32,000 nucleotides of DNA. It comes from Candidatus Saccharimonadota bacterium. Its GTDB lineage: Bacteria > Patescibacteriota > Microgenomatia > UBA1406 > GWC2-37-13. The first letter of the stretch is position 1. Each line of letters begins with the position of its first letter. A program made the position numbers and the translations under genes. Shown here piece after piece: positions 1 to 7,379 of this stretch. The notes beneath the pieces were generated by a model, which was given only the letters and a program-made list of their open reading frames with translations, searched no databases and was not told the DNA's origin. The stretch covers positions 1,050,001 to 1,082,000 of the forward strand of contig CP065004.1 in assembly GCA_016700135.1 (NCBI GenBank), in the 5' to 3' direction.

Positions 1-65
1 TACAACAAACCGTTGTATCAACATTAATACGGGACCTTATACCCCGGCAACCGCTTCTGACCCCT

Positions 66-569
66 ATGATTGCACATAAACTGTCACACCACAAGATCAT
101 CAAACAGAAAGAAGCATTCAGTCTTATAGAAGTGATTGTATTTATGACGTTAGTAAGTATAGTATTGATATCTGCCGTCGGATTTACCATGCGGCTCGTG
201 CACAACATGTCATACAATCAGCACAAGCTGTATGCGACTCATTATGTGCAGGATCTCAAGGAATGGCTGGACGGTGAACGGGAAGCGGACTGGCAGGCGT
301 TTCAAAGTTATTCATCTCAAGCAGGAACTACTTATTGTGCCAACAATGCATTGGCTATTACCGATACGCTTGCATCATTGAGTACCGGAACCTGTCCGTT
401 TACCGGTGTCGGGACACAAGACCCGCGGGTATTTAGAAGAACCCTCATTCTTACCAAGGACGTTGCCGGTACGGCCACAAGAGTTACTGCCCTTCTTGAG
501 GTTGCTTGGATGGAAGACGGAGTACAACAGACGGAAAGCATTACAACAGTTTATTCACTCTGGCAATGA
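66..569 (+). CDS. type IV pilin-like protein (pseudopilin) with prepilin N-terminal cleavage/methylation segment
   Basis: 167-aa ORF. The N-terminus KQKEA|FSLIEVIVFMTLVSIVLISAV has a short basic leader, F at +1, E at +5 and a ~20-residue hydrophobic helix. The stop overlaps the next start (ATGA at 566-569). Confidence 0.75.
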   Translation: MIAHKLSHHKIIKQKEAFSLIEVIVFMTLVSIVLISAVGFTMRLVHNMSYNQHKLYATHYVQDLKEWLDGEREADWQAFQSYSSQAGTTYCANNALAITDTLASLSTGTCPFTGVGTQDPRVFRRTLILTKDVAGTATRVTALLEVAWMEDGVQQTESITTVYSLWQ

Positions 570-1153
570 TGCAACAAATAAAGAAAAAGGGGTATACGCT
601 GATAGAGATGATGCTTGTGATAGCGCTGGTTGCTCTATTGATGCCTGCAGTATTCAGCATTTTGTACGTCATCATGCAGCAGCAGGTCAAGATCTATGAG
701 CTCACCGAAACAAAGCGGCAGGGCGATTATGTCATGCAGCTGATGAAAGAGAAAATAATGAGAGATGCAGTAAGCTTAAGACGTGATGATGACGGGATTT
801 TTGCAAACGTCGCAGTAATCACGAACATATGCAACAACACCGGTACCAGCTTTACATCAGCAAGTAACGGTCAGGATTTTGTTTTTCTGAATGATCTTAA
901 CAATCCGTTCCAGTACGTCCAGTCCGGAAATACAATAAGGTTTCGGGAAATCGGAACGCCGAATGTGGATGCTGCATTAAGCAGTAACCGTGTCATTATC
1001 TCGAATTTTCAGATTACATGCGCAGTCAAATCAACCTACACTGATCCAGTCGTGAGTTTTTCCTACACGGCAACTTTTAATCGCGCTGTTCCGAATCCAC
1101 AACTGGGTACTACACAACTTCAGTATCAGACAAAAATTAAGTTGAGGATTTAG
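566..1153 (+). CDS. type IV minor pilin-like protein
   Basis: An internal ATG at 566 gives MMQQIKKKG|YTLIEMMLVIALVALLMPAVF, a classic G|(F/Y)TLIE prepilin motif. The upstream 20 codons of the ORF-track call overlap the previous gene and were dropped. Confidence 0.7.
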   Translation: MMQQIKKKGYTLIEMMLVIALVALLMPAVFSILYVIMQQQVKIYELTETKRQGDYVMQLMKEKIMRDAVSLRRDDDGIFANVAVITNICNNTGTSFTSASNGQDFVFLNDLNNPFQYVQSGNTIRFREIGTPNVDAALSSNRVIISNFQITCAVKSTYTDPVVSFSYTATFNRAVPNPQLGTTQLQYQTKIKLRI

Positions 1154-1184
1154 CGATCCTGCATTGATTTTTAGTACTCCTCTC

Positions 1185-1193
1185 TGCTACTCT
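1185..1193 (+). promoter_or_regulatory. extended -10-like element TGCTACTCT, 6 nt upstream of the pilM ATG (leaderless geometry)
   Basis: TGCTACTCT is followed by taatgt and then ATG at 1200. No SD is present. The same geometry recurs at many other genes in the window. Confidence 0.35.
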
Positions 1194-1199
1194 TAATGT

Positions 1200-2216
1200 A
1201 TGGCAAGCAATTTTTTTTCCATAGATTTAAGTGAACAGTATACCCGCCTCGCACATCTTGAAACAAAAAAAAATAAGATTGAGCTACTGTCTCTCGGATA
1301 TGATGCAACCATGCCGAATTTTTATACAAATCCTGATGAAAAATCCGCTCAGGAAGAAGCGAAGCTGATAACTACTCTTCACCGTCAGCTAAATATTTCT
1401 TCAACCCGTGCACATGTGGTGGTGCCTGATACTCTGACGTATTCGCAACTATTATTGATGCCGGAACTTTCTGAAGAAGAGCTTGTCAAGGCCATTCGTC
1501 TCCAGGCTGATGAATTGGTTCCGCTCCCGATAAGTGAAGTATATCTTGATCTTGAAATTATCAGTAAGCTTCCAAACGGTAAGCTGCTTATTCTGTTTGT
1601 TGCTTCACAAAAGAAAATCGTCGATCATATTTACAAAACTATCGAATATGCCAATCTCGAACCGATTTCACTTGAGAATGAACTTACTGCAATAGGACGT
1701 TTTTTGACGGAGTTTTTTAAGTTTATAAAAGAACCGTCAATCCTTTTGAATTTCGGCTATTCCGGAAGTACCATATATGTGATCAATCCCGCATTTCCCT
1801 TTTTTCAGGTTACCCGGACATTACGGATCGGTTTTGATGTCATTTTCAGAGACTTAAAACTGAATACAAACCTGAGTGATCAAAAAGCTCTTGAAGCATT
1901 GAAGACAATTGGCCTAAACGCGAGCGGGAGCGTCAATGTATACTCGGTAATATACCCCGTACTGAACGAACTGTTTTCTGAGGTGGAAAAAACGATACTT
2001 CTGACTCAGGAAAAATATCATCTTCCCATCAGAAACATCTATCTTTTCAACTATGATAATCAGATTGCCAATATTCATGAAACGGTACAAAAGCGTCTTT
2101 CACTTCCGACGCAGTCCTTTCCTCTATCCAATATTCTCGTTCCCAATACAATTACCCAGACATTTTCTCAGGTTCTTTCGACATTCATACCAGTTATTGC
2201 GACTCATATTAGATGA
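1200..2216 (+). CDS. pilM: type IV pilus assembly protein PilM-like (actin-like ATPase fold)
   Basis: 338 aa. The N-terminal FFSIDLSEQYTRLAHLE resembles the first phosphate motif of the PilM/FtsA family. It is followed, with an ATGA overlap, by two bitopic proteins in the usual pilMNO order and sits downstream of the pilin genes. Confidence 0.65.
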   Translation: MASNFFSIDLSEQYTRLAHLETKKNKIELLSLGYDATMPNFYTNPDEKSAQEEAKLITTLHRQLNISSTRAHVVVPDTLTYSQLLLMPELSEEELVKAIRLQADELVPLPISEVYLDLEIISKLPNGKLLILFVASQKKIVDHIYKTIEYANLEPISLENELTAIGRFLTEFFKFIKEPSILLNFGYSGSTIYVINPAFPFFQVTRTLRIGFDVIFRDLKLNTNLSDQKALEALKTIGLNASGSVNVYSVIYPVLNELFSEVEKTILLTQEKYHLPIRNIYLFNYDNQIANIHETVQKRLSLPTQSFPLSNILVPNTITQTFSQVLSTFIPVIATHIR

Positions 2217-2794
2217 AACGCAGACTTAATCTCTTTACACAGAGATCTCGATCACGCCAGATCGTGAGTTATTACGGGCTAATCAGGAAAATATCTCTGA
2301 TTGTATCCGGCGTGGGATTTATTATTTTGATAGCTGTCGGATTTACATATTATTATCTGCTGCAGGAAAAGCAAACGGTAGATTCGGATTCGGCAAGCTA
2401 TCACCGGTATATTCTATTGAATGAATCATTCTCCAAACAGATACAGCAGTTTGTTTTTAAATACAATGCATTACAGTCATATCTGAAGGAAGATGCACAC
2501 AGTTATGATTATTATGAAAAAACAATCGGCATATTTGAAAAAACGGCAGCAGCTGAAGCTCTTGAAACCTTTTCAGTCAACAACAGCCGTGAAGCGGAGA
2601 TTACCATCAACTTCAGTGATTACAATGATGCATTATCATTCATCGAAGAACTTGAAACACCTCTTTTCAGCGACAGCTTTGAGCGAATTGCAATTGCCGG
2701 TTTCAGCGTAGTACAGGAAAATCAGGAAGGTTACCAGTTGACACTTGACGGTGTATTTATATCACCCGATGCAGATACAACTCGATCAGATTAA
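2213..2794 (+). CDS. pilN: PilN-like bitopic pilus assembly protein
   Basis: 193 aa. A basic N-terminus (KRRLNLFTQR, similar to the PilN INLLP-type motif) precedes one TM helix (ISLIVSGVGFIILIAVGFTYYYLL). ATGA overlap with pilM. Confidence 0.5.
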   Translation: MKRRLNLFTQRSRSRQIVSYYGLIRKISLIVSGVGFIILIAVGFTYYYLLQEKQTVDSDSASYHRYILLNESFSKQIQQFVFKYNALQSYLKEDAHSYDYYEKTIGIFEKTAAAEALETFSVNNSREAEITINFSDYNDALSFIEELETPLFSDSFERIAIAGFSVVQENQEGYQLTLDGVFISPDADTTRSD

Positions 2795-3392
2795 ACGGTT
2801 TATACTGAACGCGAATTTTTTGCCTATTACATTGTTTCTTGTGATGGATGTTGTTCTGCTGGGTTTTATCATATATCTGGGGCTCAATGCCTGGAACTTG
2901 TACAATGAGTTGGAGCTGAAAAAATCCGATCTAGAAGCAACAAAGCAAACGGCGAATTTGATAAAAAATAACAAAGCACTTCTTGAGGAGAATATTGGCA
3001 CATACAACGAGATATTGAATGAACTAATCCCTGATGAAGAGTCATACTTTAAAGTCATTGCGGCTTTTGAGAGGCTCGGAGCCGAAACCGGCGTAAACAT
3101 CCAGTCTTACAGCATCAACCTTGATGACACGACAGAAGAAAAGTTGTCTCTTGAACTGACGGTAAGCGGGACACGGGAAAGTGTCGAGCAAATGTTTAAG
3201 GACTACAACTTTGTGAGCGGAAGACTGATCACAAACGAAGAAATGATGGTAACTTTTGAGGACGGAGCTTCCACTACCTTTACCGTTAATCTCATCCACA
3301 GGCCGTTCGTCTCAAGTGATTCTCAAACCACGGAAACAATCACCCAACAGGATGTGGATTTTCTTGAAGAAATAAGATCAATCGTGAAATAA
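2769..3392 (+). CDS. pilO: PilO-like bitopic pilus assembly protein
   Basis: One TM helix (FLPITLFLVMDVVLLGFIIYLGL) is followed by a predicted coiled coil (ELELKKSDLEATKQTANLIKNNKALLEEN). ATG at 2769 is preferred over the TTG at 2745 used by the ORF track. Confidence 0.45.
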   Translation: MQIQLDQIKRFILNANFLPITLFLVMDVVLLGFIIYLGLNAWNLYNELELKKSDLEATKQTANLIKNNKALLEENIGTYNEILNELIPDEESYFKVIAAFERLGAETGVNIQSYSINLDDTTEEKLSLELTVSGTRESVEQMFKDYNFVSGRLITNEEMMVTFEDGASTTFTVNLIHRPFVSSDSQTTETITQQDVDFLEEIRSIVK

Positions 3393-3399
3393 TGAAGAA

Positions 3400-3651
3400 T
3401 TATTCAAAAACGACGTTTTCCTTGTTCTTGAGAAGTCTTTCAAGACCTTCAGAAATCAGTGCGCCTTTTGATTTCCAGTAATCGAACCGTTCTTTGTTGA
3501 TGCGGATGTTGTTTTTATCATCCAAAGGATGATACAGTCCGACCTTTTCGATATAAGAACCGTCCCGCTTTTTTGTTTTATCAAGCGCAACTATTCGATA
3601 GTACGGCTGTTTTCTTTTGCCGAATCTCATGAGTCTGAGTGCTACTGCCAT
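3400..3651 (-). CDS. rpsP: 30S ribosomal protein S16
   Basis: MAVALRLMRFGKRKQPYYRIVALD... is the canonical bS16 N-terminus. 83 aa. Confidence 0.95.
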   Translation of the reverse strand: MAVALRLMRFGKRKQPYYRIVALDKTKKRDGSYIEKVGLYHPLDDKNNIRINKERFDYWKSKGALISEGLERLLKNKENVVFE

Positions 3652-3706
3652 GTATATGAATTACAAAATTGTAAAATAACTTTTTTACGGAAAACTTATT
3701 ATATCG

Positions 3707-4402
3707 TTATTTAGCCAATAATTCCAGCGCATTTTGTGCGGCATTTTCTTCTGCCTGCTTCTTGGATTTTCCTGTTCCTTCCCCTTTTATTTCCCCGTTG
3801 ACCAGCACATGAACGGTAAAGGTTTTCTTGTGTTCAGGACCGGTGGCTTCTATCAGTTCATAGACGGGAAGGTCTTTATATTGTGCCTGAGTGATTTCCT
3901 GAAGTCTGCTTTTCGGTGAAAGATACAGCTTATTTTTTACGATATGATCAAGCCTCTCTGCGAAGAGATATTCGGTTATAAAACGGTAGGCACGGTCAAA
4001 TCCCTGATCAATAAAGATAGCGGCAATCAGGGCTTCAAAAACATCGGCAAGAATATTGGTCTTTGTACGTCCTTTTCCTTTTTCTTCTCCGTGGGAAAGA
4101 TACAGAAAATCTCCCAGATCAAGTTCCTTTGCCACTTCTGCAAGACTTTCAGTACGGACGATTGCGGCTTTGATATCGGTATAATCCCCTTCCTGAAGGT
4201 GCGAGTATTTGTGATACAGATAAATCGAAGTTGCAAGGGAAAGTACGCTGTCTCCCAAAAATTCAAGCTTCTCATTGGACGGTAACTCGAAATCGCGATT
4301 TTCATTCAGATAAGAACGGTGCACGAATACATTCCTCAGAAGTTCTCGATTTTTAAAGTCAATATGAATTCGGGTTTCAAGTTTATTCAGATTTGTTTCC
4401 AT
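3707..4402 (-). CDS. rnc: ribonuclease III
   Basis: Contains the RNase III signature NEKLEFLGDSVL, the catalytic DVFEALIAAIF region and a C-terminal dsRBD (KKQAEENAAQNALELL). The start is placed at METNLNKLE (4402). The longer ORF-track N-terminus overlaps nusB. Confidence 0.9.
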   Translation of the reverse strand: METNLNKLETRIHIDFKNRELLRNVFVHRSYLNENRDFELPSNEKLEFLGDSVLSLATSIYLYHKYSHLQEGDYTDIKAAIVRTESLAEVAKELDLGDFLYLSHGEEKGKGRTKTNILADVFEALIAAIFIDQGFDRAYRFITEYLFAERLDHIVKNKLYLSPKSRLQEITQAQYKDLPVYELIEATGPEHKKTFTVHVLVNGEIKGEGTGKSKKQAEENAAQNALELLAK

Positions 4403-4796
4403 CTGACGGTTCTTTACTGGTAATATCGTTGACGACTGATCCGAGAACTGCATTGACAAACGCGTATGAACGTTCATTTCCCATTTCTTTTGCAAGTTCA
4501 ACCGCTTCATTGATGATTACTTTTGTCGGCTGTTTTTTTTTGACAAAGAGAAGTTCGTAAATAGCAAGCTGGAGAATACTGATATCGATTTTTGCAATTT
4601 TCTCAACGGGATATTTCGGTGCATATTTCTGAATACAGGCATTTATTTCCTCTTTATGCGCAAGAATATCCTTTGAGAATGTTTCATCTTTAAAAGGAAC
4701 TTCGACAAAATTCTTATCGCCTTCAAATGAAAGTGCAAAAAGATTTTGTACGGTTTTTAACCGTTTATGGTGTCGTGGATCCATATGGTAGCTCAT
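4383..4796 (-). CDS. nusB: transcription antitermination factor NusB
   Basis: 137 aa and all-helical. The RHHKRLKTVQNLFALSF N-terminus and the VIINEAVELAKEMG...FVNAVLG segment are typical of the NusB family. Confidence 0.8.
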   Translation of the reverse strand: MSYHMDPRHHKRLKTVQNLFALSFEGDKNFVEVPFKDETFSKDILAHKEEINACIQKYAPKYPVEKIAKIDISILQLAIYELLFVKKKQPTKVIINEAVELAKEMGNERSYAFVNAVLGSVVNDITSKEPSDGNKSE

Positions 4797-4865
4797 CGGA
4801 TGTAGGATGTAAGTTGTAGGTATTTGTGTAACCGTTTACTGCCTACCACCTACGGCCTATTTATA

Positions 4866-5021
4866 TTATTTTCCGCAATTTTTACATTGACGATGCGGCA
4901 TTTTCTTTTTTCCGCACTCTTTACAGACAACAAGACCTGGAAGAGTGGATTCAATTTTTCTTTCCAATACTCGTTTGCCTTTGCGTGCTTTTGAGTGTTT
5001 TCTTTTCGGTAAAGGGGCCAT
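4866..5021 (-). CDS. rpmF: 50S ribosomal protein L32
   Basis: MAPLPKRKHSKARKGKR...CKECGKKKMPHRQCKNCG has the bL32 N-terminal motif and a CxxC...CxxC zinc ribbon. Start at the internal ATG 5021. Confidence 0.9.
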   Translation of the reverse strand: MAPLPKRKHSKARKGKRVLERKIESTLPGLVVCKECGKKKMPHRQCKNCGK

Positions 5022-5096
5022 AAATGTATCAATAAAATTATATTTCGATATCGTAATAATATCACGAACAGGGTGATAAAACAAGCAGTATCAAGA

Positions 5097-7157
5097 CTAG
5101 TCGCGGCTGATCTGGTCAAGCTGATATCTGTCAATCATATCTTTGAGAAGCGGATGATCCTGAAGTTTGAAATATTTTGAAAACGTATGCACTGCATCTT
5201 TGACATCATGGACCTGTCTGTAATTTGTGATATCGGCAAGCTTCAGATCAGTATAGCCGTGCTGCATCGTGCCGTATAGATCTCCCGGTCCCCGAAGTTT
5301 TAGATCATACTCTGCGAGCTTAAGTCCTGAATTTGTCGATGCAAAAAATTGAAGACGTGACTTCAGTTGCGATTCTTTTGTGCTCGTAAAAAGGAAACAG
5401 TATGACTGTTTGTCCGACCGGCCGACACGTCCCCTCAGCTGATGAAGCTGAGCGATACCGAAACGCTCCGCTCCTTCAATAAGCATTATTGTCGCATTAG
5501 GGACATCTACGCCTACTTCAACTACAGACGTTGATACAAGAATATCGTACTTCTTTGCCTTAAAATCCTGCATGACTTCTTCCTTCTCTTTTGCCTTCAT
5601 TTTGCCGTGCAGGAGCGCTACATTGTAATCCCTGAATATGTCATTTTTCAGATATTCATATTCTTTGGTCGCTGCACGGACTGACTTAAGAGTCTCGGAC
5701 TCTGACTCCTCTACCAGAGGGCAGATAATGTATACCTGAGCTCCGTTTTCGCTGATCTGTTTTTTTATCCACTCATTGCCCTTTTCACGTTTTTCCTGCG
5801 GAGTGACATAGGTCTTTATGGGTTTGCGTCCTTTCGGCATTTCGTCAATCACTGATAAATCAAGTTCGCTGTATAGTGTTAAGGATACGGTCCGGGGAAT
5901 AGGGGTAGCAGTCATGGTCAGAAGATGCGGATTTGCCCCTTTATCTTTGAGCATCGCCCGCTGTCTTACACCGAAACGGTGCTGTTCGTCTATGATCACA
6001 AGTCCGACACGATCAAAATTAAGGTTTTCAGTGATAAGAGCCTGTGTCCCGACGATAATATCGTATTCAAGTGATGATTTTTTCTTTGAGATTGCTTTAT
6101 GAGAACCTGTTTGTAGACCTACCGAAATTGATGGGTCCATCAGCGCGGAAATAGTTTTGTAATGCTGCTGTGCCAGGATTTCAGTCGGGGCCATAATCAG
6201 TGTTTGCAACTTGTTCAAGTGTGTTACATATGCCGCAATAGCCGCAACTACCGTTTTGCCGGAACCGACATCTCCCTGGACAAAGCGGTTCATCGGAGTG
6301 GATTTTTGGATATCAGCAAGGATCTCATCCGTTGTCCGCTTCTGTGCATCGGTCAAATCAAACGGCAAAGATTTTATGAATGTATCAAGAGACTTCTGAA
6401 CGGATTTTGTAATATGAATGGGTGTTGTGGTCGTCTCCTGTTTCCATTTTTCCCGGACAATATGTGACGAAAGGACCCTGATGAAAAGTTCGTTAAAAGC
6501 TATGCGGCGATGTGCCTGTTGCTGTTCCCTTTTTCCCGGCGGCTGATGGATCCATGACAGCGCCTGTTGTTGCCCGATAAGGTTATATTTGTCTAATATT
6601 GATTCGGGCAAAAATTCAACAAGTACAGGATCAATAGTCTGAAACAATCCCAGTACATACATGATTTTCTCGCGAATGGTCTTTGATGAAAGTCCGTATA
6701 TCTGTGAATATACAGGGACCAGTCTGCCGGTGTGAATCGTCGGCGCAGTCGGTGAAGACAGTATCTCATATTCCTGAGGTGTAATATTCACGGATCGTCC
6801 GAATCGATCAACCGTTCCTGCCACCGCTATGTGCATACCTTCTTTTAGTACTTTTGTGAGGTACATCTGGTTGTACCATACGGCCTCAATAATTCCCGTA
6901 TCATCGGCTATTACCGCTTTTTGAAGTTTGAATCCCCGCTTGGTAAAGCTGTTTGTGAATGTCTTTATTGTTCCCTTTATTGTCACGGTCTCACCCGGTT
7001 GGGTGGTAGCGATTTTTGCAACAGATGAGTAGTCGTCATACCTAAACGGGTAGTAATGAAGTAAGTCTTCATACGTATTTATTTCAAGCTTTTCAAGCCG
7101 CTGAATTGTTCGTGGACTGGTACGCGGCAGTGAGGAAACAGGTTTCTGAAAATCCAT
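5097..7157 (-). CDS. recG: ATP-dependent DNA helicase RecG
   Basis: 686 aa. It has an N-terminal wedge/OB region, Walker A GDVGSGKT, DEQHRFG, TATPIPRT and HQLRGRVGR motifs in RecG order. Confidence 0.95.
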   Translation of the reverse strand: MDFQKPVSSLPRTSPRTIQRLEKLEINTYEDLLHYYPFRYDDYSSVAKIATTQPGETVTIKGTIKTFTNSFTKRGFKLQKAVIADDTGIIEAVWYNQMYLTKVLKEGMHIAVAGTVDRFGRSVNITPQEYEILSSPTAPTIHTGRLVPVYSQIYGLSSKTIREKIMYVLGLFQTIDPVLVEFLPESILDKYNLIGQQQALSWIHQPPGKREQQQAHRRIAFNELFIRVLSSHIVREKWKQETTTTPIHITKSVQKSLDTFIKSLPFDLTDAQKRTTDEILADIQKSTPMNRFVQGDVGSGKTVVAAIAAYVTHLNKLQTLIMAPTEILAQQHYKTISALMDPSISVGLQTGSHKAISKKKSSLEYDIIVGTQALITENLNFDRVGLVIIDEQHRFGVRQRAMLKDKGANPHLLTMTATPIPRTVSLTLYSELDLSVIDEMPKGRKPIKTYVTPQEKREKGNEWIKKQISENGAQVYIICPLVEESESETLKSVRAATKEYEYLKNDIFRDYNVALLHGKMKAKEKEEVMQDFKAKKYDILVSTSVVEVGVDVPNATIMLIEGAERFGIAQLHQLRGRVGRSDKQSYCFLFTSTKESQLKSRLQFFASTNSGLKLAEYDLKLRGPGDLYGTMQHGYTDLKLADITNYRQVHDVKDAVHTFSKYFKLQDHPLLKDMIDRYQLDQISRD

Positions 7158-7195
7158 ACGATTTGAAACGTTTGTAACGGATCACTTCTTGAGGA

Positions 7196-7306
7196 TCAAA
7201 GATAAAAGAACGGAGCAAAGCTTGTGATGATAAGAAGAAGTGATGCAACTACGATGATAACCCGGGCAATATTTTTCGGTTTTAATATTTTTTTAAGTCT
7301 TCGCAT
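7196..7306 (-). CDS. small (36 aa) basic-N-terminus single-TM protein, hypothetical
   Basis: MRRLKKILKPKNIARVIIVVASLLLIITSFAPFFYL. An exact TGCTACAAT extended -10 lies 9 nt upstream (7324-7316), and recG follows 38 nt downstream on the same strand. No homology evidence. Confidence 0.35.
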   Translation of the reverse strand: MRRLKKILKPKNIARVIIVVASLLLIITSFAPFFYL

Positions 7307-7315
7307 AGTGTGATT

Positions 7316-7324
7316 ATTGTAGCA
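7316..7324 (-). promoter_or_regulatory. extended -10 promoter TGCTACAAT (minus strand) for the small ORF and recG
   Basis: This exact 9-mer also occurs at 7364-7372 (+) and 25414-25422 (+). ATG 7306 lies 9 nt downstream. Confidence 0.45.
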
Positions 7325-7363
7325 CATTTTTCTCCTGTTTTTACAGTTGAAACAGGCGGAATA

Positions 7364-7372
7364 TGCTACAAT
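7364..7372 (+). promoter_or_regulatory. extended -10 promoter TGCTACAAT for the PBP1A gene
   Basis: TGCTACAAT is followed by gaaccct and then ATG at 7380. It is divergent from the identical element 39 nt away. Confidence 0.45.
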
Positions 7373-7379
7373 GAACCCT

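Noticed and set aside
1-60. Possible 3' end of an upstream gene at the window start (frame-1 stop at 25-27; another TGA at 58-60)
   Set aside because: Fewer than 10-20 codons are visible, and no family can be assigned.
4403-4510. N-terminal extensions in the ORF track (rnc to 4510, trpS to 21505, rpmF to 5084, GH28-like from 21413, minor pilin from 506)
   Set aside because: The extensions overlap neighbouring genes or promoters and precede the conserved family N-termini. Internal ATGs give canonical N-termini.
5022-5096. Promoter for rpmF (TATAAT at 5042-5037, minus strand)
   Set aside because: The -10 is plausible, but the -35 is poor (GTGATA) and the spacing to the ATG (15 nt) fits neither a leaderless nor an SD-led pattern. 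The support is too weak to list.
4850-5134. 94-aa minus-strand ORF overlapping rpmF and the recG end
   Set aside because: It is out of frame with the clearly identifiable L32 gene and has no motifs.
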